Positions 56,194 through 64,000 of a stretch of DNA of 64,000 nt are shown piece by piece. Origin of the DNA: Tubiluchus corallicola (Eukaryota > Animalia > Priapulida); NCBI GenBank assembly GCA_030141605.1, contig JAQGDQ010000233.1, positions 283,829 to 347,828 of the forward strand, in the 5' to 3' direction. Position 1 is the stretch's first letter; the number at the start of each line of letters is the position of its first letter. Both the position numbers and the translations under genes were made by a program. The notes beneath the pieces are model-generated. The model saw only the letters and a list, made by a program, of their open reading frames with translations. It had not been told where the DNA came from and did not search any database.

Positions 56194-56901
56194 TTATGAT
56201 ATTTCTTTTATCAATGGAAATGTATACAAAAGGTTAACTTTAAAAGTATTAAAATTCAGTAAGAAGCTAGATCTTAGAACACACGGGTACAAAAGCTTGA
56301 CACTGGTTTTGGTAACACACAAATCCTTCTTGCAAGTGAAAACATGACATCATGAAACTGCTGCCATCTTATAATCATGACGTCATACCTAACCAGTCTG
56401 TACCAATGGAATTAAAATATGTTCTCGTGTTAACTACATACTCTGACAATTTATTTTGAAATGACGGACCATTTTTAATCATTACTGCCGTCAACTGATG
56501 TCAAACAAGGACAATAAAAAAAATTCAGGCATGATAACCAGGAAAGCTTAGGTACAATCCGTTTCAGAATAGCACTAGCACTTCTTCAAACACAACCAAA
56601 GAACTAAAAAGCAATATAAGTGGAATTTAGAGACACAATTACTGATGCTAAACAACTGGTAATTTTCAATCCAAAGCTGACAAATTGAACATTCGCTTTG
56701 ACAAAACCAGCACATGACCAAGAAATCTTCTACAATATTTTAGTTCATGTTGAGACATTACATATGGGATAAAACACATACTGCTGGACAGCCAATCAAC
56801 CAGAAAATCACGACTAGTAAGTCTTTGCAGGTTTAGACCACAAACATTCAGAAAAATTCTCATTAACTTTAATCCTAACTATTAAACTTGAAAAAAATTT
56901 A

Positions 56902-57024
<123 letters not shown>

Positions 57025-57371
57025 TCAATGATTTTACCACACGAATCAATTCATACAAAATATCTAATGTGTAAACACTCTTCTCCGTTTACAGCAACTT
57101 TTTTTACCAGTAGTAGTGTTCGCCTTCTCACGTTAAAAATAAGTTCAATAGTGCACAAATTTATTGTCGTCGAATACCTACCTTCAACACAAGATTTATG
57201 TACAATATGGATTTTGCATTCAAAGTATGGGTCAGGTGTCAAATGATCAAATTTAGCCAATGTAATGTTTTATTACTTTTTCACTAACTCTTACTTTACC
57301 AACAAATAAATTGTTGCTTAAAGAACTTTTGCTTAACAAATGAATATCAAAACATGTTTTCTATGTTTAAC

Positions 57372-57504
57372 CTTAAAACGCCGAGACAAAAACTTGTTCT
57401 TGATCTCCATCACATTACTTCCGGCAAAGCGCGTTTTAAATGGTTCGTTTATTATGTTGAAGCGATGGTCAGTACAAATATCTTGCCATCGAGCATAACC
57501 ATGT
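57372..57504 (-). CDS. CHD4: CHD3/4/5 exon, CHDCT2
   Basis: HGYARWQDICTDHRFNIINEPFKTRFAGSNVMEIKNKFLSRRFK. Confidence 0.95.
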
Positions 57505-58316
<812 letters not shown>

Positions 58317-58583
58317 CTACAAATAAAATCAAATTTTGCACATGCATTAACAATTAAGAGTAATATAATTTAATTTCAGCCTCTACAAATTGCAATACAC
58401 GAGCAAAAAACCTTGAAACAAACTCACTAAATATCTTAATAATAAAGCTTAACGGGTCAAAAATTAGTGTTAATAGATTAAATAAATAAATTGAAAACCT
58501 TATGTTATTTGGAAAATGGGGTCAGTACACAAGTAGGCAAACATGCAAAGTGACTACAGACATAGAACAACAACAAAACCAAC

Positions 58584-58675
58584 CTGTTCTTGTTGAAATT
58601 CCTCCTTAGGTCGTTCATCATCTGCTTTTTCTTTCTCTTCCCTTTCTTTCACAGTTTCTGCTTCAATAGTAGCTT
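58584..58675 (-). CDS. CHD4: CHD3/4/5 exon, charged linker
   Basis: EATIEAETVKEREEKEKADDERPKEEFQQEQ. Phase 1->0 is required to join the flanking exons in frame. Confidence 0.87.
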
Positions 58676-58818
58676 CTGAAAAAGTAAGTTGTGCATTACA
58701 GTGAAGTGGAATTACATTAAATAATCCTAGAAAAATTATGAAGTCATTATAAAAACTAGTAATTGTTTTTTCAAACTGTGAGAACATAATGCTGCAACAG
58801 GTATAAAATATGTCTGAC

Positions 58819-59482
58819 CTTTATCATCAACTTCCATTTGTGCTTCAGATTCATCCTCTTTTGTCTCGTCTTTTTTCCCCTCTTCTCCAGTTCTTTCTTC
58901 CTCCGTCTTTTCTACATCGGCCTTTGTTACTTTTTGTTTTTCTTCTGTTTCATCTACCGCATCATGCACATTCTGTTCACCCTTCTTTTCATCATTTATT
59001 TCCACATCATTTTCGTTTTGCTTCTTTTCTTCTAGTTCTTTTTTGTCTTCTCTTTGTTCATCTTTCTTAGTCGAGACACCCACTTGCTCTCTGTCATCAA
59101 GTTCCTGTGCTATACCTGTAATATCACTGGTTTTTTCTGCATCAGTCCCGTCTTTTTCATCCACCTTTGCAACATCATCCTTATCACTGATTTTTTCTGC
59201 ACCAGTCCCGTCTTTTTCATCCACCTTTGCAACATCATCCTTATCACTGATTTTTTCTGCACCAGTCCCATCTTTTTCATCCACCTTTGCAACATCATCC
59301 TTAACAGCATCTTTTTCCTTATGCTCTTCTTTCTTATCGTCATCAGTTTTTTTCACCTCACTGTTTGACGCTACTTCTTTTTCCTTATTTTTTTCTTCTA
59401 TTTTATACTCTGTTTCTAGCTCATCCATCTGGTCGCGTGACACCATACTAATTTTACCGTTGTGTGCTTCAAACTCAATAAC
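58819..59482 (-). CDS. CHD4: CHD3/4/5 exon, acidic/charged linker
   Basis: Starts VIEFEAHNGKISM (cf. VQEFEHVNG), then E/K/D-rich sequence. CAG/GTCAGA boundaries, phase 0->1. Confidence 0.92.
59122..59303 (-). repeat. Coding tandem repeat, 3 x 60 bp, in the CHD linker exon
   Basis: KDDVAKVDEKDGTGAEKISD repeated three times with few substitutions. Confidence 0.95.
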
Positions 59483-59604
59483 CTGAAAACACCAAAAAAT
59501 TTTACATCAGAGTATTTTGTTAACCAGTATGGTGAAAAACAAGCCTATATAAATAGCTATCTTGCTACTTAACAAGCAGGTGTTTCCATCTTATATATGC
59601 ATTA

Positions 59605-59871
<267 letters not shown>

Positions 59872-60494
59872 TCACGTTTCACTTACTATTACTGTAGTCA
59901 TACACAAATACTTTAGCGCATCACATTTCAATGTGAAACAAAAACAATGTGAAAATAAGGCAAAGATGATTTTATTACTTTCTATCAGAACTATATTTAC
60001 AACCATCTTTGTAACTAAATCTTAACGTACAAAGGATTTCAAATTCCCTCGATATTCGACTTTAACTTTCATTTTTCGATTAGATGTGATTTGATTTGGA
60101 TTTTTGCATAAAGTTAATTTGAAAGTTTACAACTGTTTCTTATTTTGGCTATCAATATGTTTACCCTTACTGCCAACAAACCACAAATGGTAATGCCAAA
60201 TGTTCGAGCATTAGCACTTTCAGCACCCTCAGAGAAAAATTTTCACATGAAAGTTCTTTTACTAGCATAACTATTTTTCTCCTACGGCAAATCGACATCA
60301 CATGATCATGGGAAACCTTTAATGTACGTGGCACAATGTGCACTTCCATACACCGTGCTGTTCAGCAGCGTTAACTGCAAAGTTAGGAATGGAAAAATCG
60401 AATTTTGAATCCCAACAACAGGCTGTTTTTCTTATTTGTTTCGACGTTCACAAATCATGTTTGAACTCTACTAGACCTTGCTAACTGAATGTCA

Positions 60495-60839
<345 letters not shown>

Positions 60840-61403
60840 TCACCGATTTTGTTCATATTCACAGGGTTGGATGATCCCCTCAGATGTACCCCACAGCCAA
60901 AATATTAGATATCAAAAATGAGCCGTTTCGGAGATAGGCCGCCATTTTGATTTTTTTTCGGATTTTGGCCATTTTGACGTAAAAAAATGACCTATATTTG
61001 TCACATCATTACAGGCAGTAAATGAATGATCCAGGACTAGTTGCTCTGTGGTATATATAGTAGGGGTCTTGCCCTATTGCCACATTGAGTTTGATGAATT
61101 GAGATTCTCTTTCAGTAGGTATCATGAGCTCATGAAAGATGCGTGTCTGCTACAGTCTGAATGACACCTTGTTTTAAAATTCTCATAACTCCACTGGGGC
61201 GGGTATTTGAAGTATAATTAATATATGTTTATTTACAGCTTGACCAGGCATACTTAGATCATTAATAAAATTTTGGCCAGCTCGTCCATAAATTGACGAG
61301 ATTCGATCTTGAATGTGACATAAATCGGAAAAAAATTAGTACGAATTATTAATAATTCTGAATAAAAAATGAAAATTTCAAAAAGAAACGATAAATTACA
61401 GTT

Positions 61404-62308
61404 TCTGTCTCTCTCTGTCTCTGTCTGTCTCTCTCTCTGTGTCTCTGTGTCTCTCTCTGTCTCTCTCTCTCTCTCTGTCTCTCTGTGTCTCTGTGTCTCT
61501 CTCTGTCTCTCTCTCTGTCTCTGTCTCTGTCTGTCTCTGTCTCTCTGTGTCTCTCTCTGTGTCTCTCACTGTCTCTTTGAGTTTCTCTGTCTCTGTGTGT
61601 CTCTCTCTGTGTCTCTCTCTGTCTCTCTGTGTCTCTCTCTGTCTCTCTGTGTATCTCCGTGCCTCTCTCTGTCTCTCTGTGTCTCTCTCCGTCGCTTTCT
61701 GTCTCTTTGTGTCTCTGTCTGTCTCTCTGTGTCTCTCTCTGTCTCTCATTGTCTCTCTGTGTCTCTCTTTGTCTCTCTGTGTCTCTCTCTGTCTCTCTAT
61801 GTCTCTGTCTGTCTCTCTGTGTCTCTCTGTCTCTGTGTGTCTCTCTCTGTCTCTCCATCTGCCTCTCTGTGTCTCTCTTTGTCTCTCTGTGTCTCTCTCT
61901 GTCTCTCTCTGTCTCTCTGTCTCTCTCTGTGTCTCTCTCTGTCTCTCTGTGTCTCTCTCTGTCTCTCTGTGTCTCTCTCCGTCTCTCTGTGCCTCTCTCT
62001 GTCTCTTTCTGTCTCTCTGTGTCTCTTTGTGTCTCTGTCTGTCTCTCTCTCTCTCTGTTTCTGTCTCTCTCTGTGTCTCTTTCTCTGTCTCTGTCTCTCT
62101 CTGTGTGTCTCTCTGTTTCTGTGTGTCTCTCTTTCTGTCTCGCTGTGTCTCCATCTGCCTCTCTGTGTGTCTCTCTCTCTCTGTGTCTCTCTCTGTCTCT
62201 GTGTGTCTCTCTCTCTATCTCTATGTGTCTCTCTCTGTCTCTCTGTGACTCTCTCTGTCTCTCTGTGACTCTCTCTCTCTCTGTCTCTCTGTGTCTCTCT
62301 CTGTCTCT
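61404..62308. repeat. (CT)/(GTCT)-rich compound microsatellite
   Basis: ~900 bp of CTCTCTGT-type units. Confidence 0.97.
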
Positions 62309-63060
62309 TTTGATAAGGAGGTTACCATAGCAACACATAGTAGCAGCTTACTGTATGTATTATCAATTATTAGCTTATTATTATTTACTATAGTGTGACT
62401 TTTCATTGAATATTGGCGAATAAAAAATAGTCGTGGACGTAAAGAATTTGTTGTTGCCTTTTTGCTATTTTGAAAATTTGCGATTATAAGCGTCAGCGCC
62501 CTGATTCTCGTTAGAGTTTAGTTGAATATGGTAGTCGGTGTATATGCGTATATCTTTACGAGACGGTGGAAACCTGGCGGTTAAATACAATATGAGCGAA
62601 TGGCTTGAAACATACGTTACACAGAGTCCGAGGCAGGGTCGTACTGGCCTTTGCTGCGTTTCTTAACTAGTTTTTTTGTTAACGCCCGTTGTTAGTAAGC
62701 AGAAGTCTGGTTGTCGAAGTTGCCACACCAAGGTATTAGTAACTAACTAACTATTAACTTGAATTGATTTGAGGAAAAATATCAGGGACTGACAACTATT
62801 CGCCTGTTGAATACAAGACCACACAAAGCTGTGCGCGTTTTAAAAATTGGCTCGCAACATCTTATATTCGATGCTCACGGCAGTTTCAACACAATTTCAC
62901 AAATAGTGCCTTGTCTCGCCTTGCCCGCCTTACTTTAGAATCTTGTTTAGCAAAGCGATACTAAACCTTTTTGACTGAAGTCTATTTTTCAGTCAAGACA
63001 GTGGGGCCCTCCCGAGGCCCCCGTATTGATCCACAGGCCATAGGTATATAGCCCGAGCAC

Positions 63061-63347
63061 TTGTACACGAAACTGTTATTATGTACATGAAATTATTCCG
63101 TGTTTTATACAGATTATAAAAATCACTATGTTGTAATCGTCACAGGGGCCCTTCGAAGGGAATGCGGCCCCTGATGAGGGGCCTGGTTGCTAGGAGTGCC
63201 CAGGTTGTACACGAAACTGTTATTATGTACATGAAATTATTCCGTGTTTTATACAGATTATAAAAATCACTATGTTGTAATCGTCACAGGGGCCCTTCGA
63301 AGGGAATGCGGCCCCTGATGAGGGGCCTGGTTGCTAGGAGTGCCCAG
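63061..63347. repeat. Essentially perfect tandem duplication, period 144 bp
   Basis: TTGTACACGAAAC...GGAGTGCCCAG starts at 63061 and 63205. Confidence 0.95.
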
Positions 63348-64000
63348 ACATGTAAAGCCAGTCCATTATTACTATAAACATTGACGTTGCTGCACTTTGT
63401 ATCGATTCTAATGGCAACACCGTCATCCAAAGCGAATAGCTAAATATAGGTCAAGGTTGTGAAAATGGCAAAAAAGAGCAACTTTGGCTAAAAATTCTGG
63501 ACTCTTGGGAGATCGCTGGCCAAAATTTTATTTCATGCATTTGTAGGACTAGTCAAGCTGCAAATAAAAATATATTGATTAGTCCCCCAATACCCGCCCC
63601 AGTGGAGTTATGGGGATTTCAAAATGGCGTCTAAATTCAGCAGCAGCAGACACGTATCTTTTGCAATCTGATGACACCAACTGAAAAGGAGGTTCAATTT
63701 GGCAACGATAATGGTACGGTAGGGTAAGACCCCTACTATATATATCACCAATTAACTAGTGCTGGATCGCTCATTTACTGTCTGTAATAACGTGAGAAAT
63801 AATGGGCAATTTTTTACGCCAAAATGGCCAAAATTCGAAAAAAATCAAAATGGCGGCTTTTCTCAGAAACGGCTCATTTCTGAAATCTAATATTTTGGCT
63901 GTGGAGTACATCTGAGGGGACCATCAAACCCTGTGAATATGAACAAAATCGGTGATTTGTCACCTTCCACTATTTTGCTGATTTTCTCACGGAATGACTC

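Noticed and set aside
58810-59486. Several plus-strand hydrophobic or Ser-rich ORFs
   Set aside because: Antisense shadows of the purine-rich CHD exon.
61349-62338. Long ORFs (230-330 aa) on both strands
   Set aside because: Stop-free translation of a CT/GA microsatellite inside a transposon; not protein-coding.

Overview
AT-rich animal (metazoan, probably invertebrate) genomic DNA with spliceosomal introns, so most of the supplied ORF track is spurious. Three genes lie head-to-tail on the minus strand. (1) The 3' part of a CHD3/4/5 (Mi-2) chromatin remodeller: 11 coding exons, 60748->52563, with one U12-type minor intron and a C-terminal SIM-like tail. (2) A complete SKI/SnoN-family gene: 5 coding exons, 49444->15569, 608 aa, with a 29.3-kb first intron. 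(3) The first four exons of a PTPN11/SHP2 (corkscrew) phosphatase, 7729->854, which continues off the left edge. Introns and intergenic DNA contain a Sola3-like long-TIR element, a TIR element with a 9-bp TSD, MITEs, SINEs, decayed LINEs, tandem duplications and microsatellites. I found no convincing novel biological system. The most interesting signals are the U12 intron, the apparently ancient CHD-SKI-PTPN linkage, Smad-site clusters in SKI, and overlapping uORFs. All calls come from manual reading and translation; no database searches were run.
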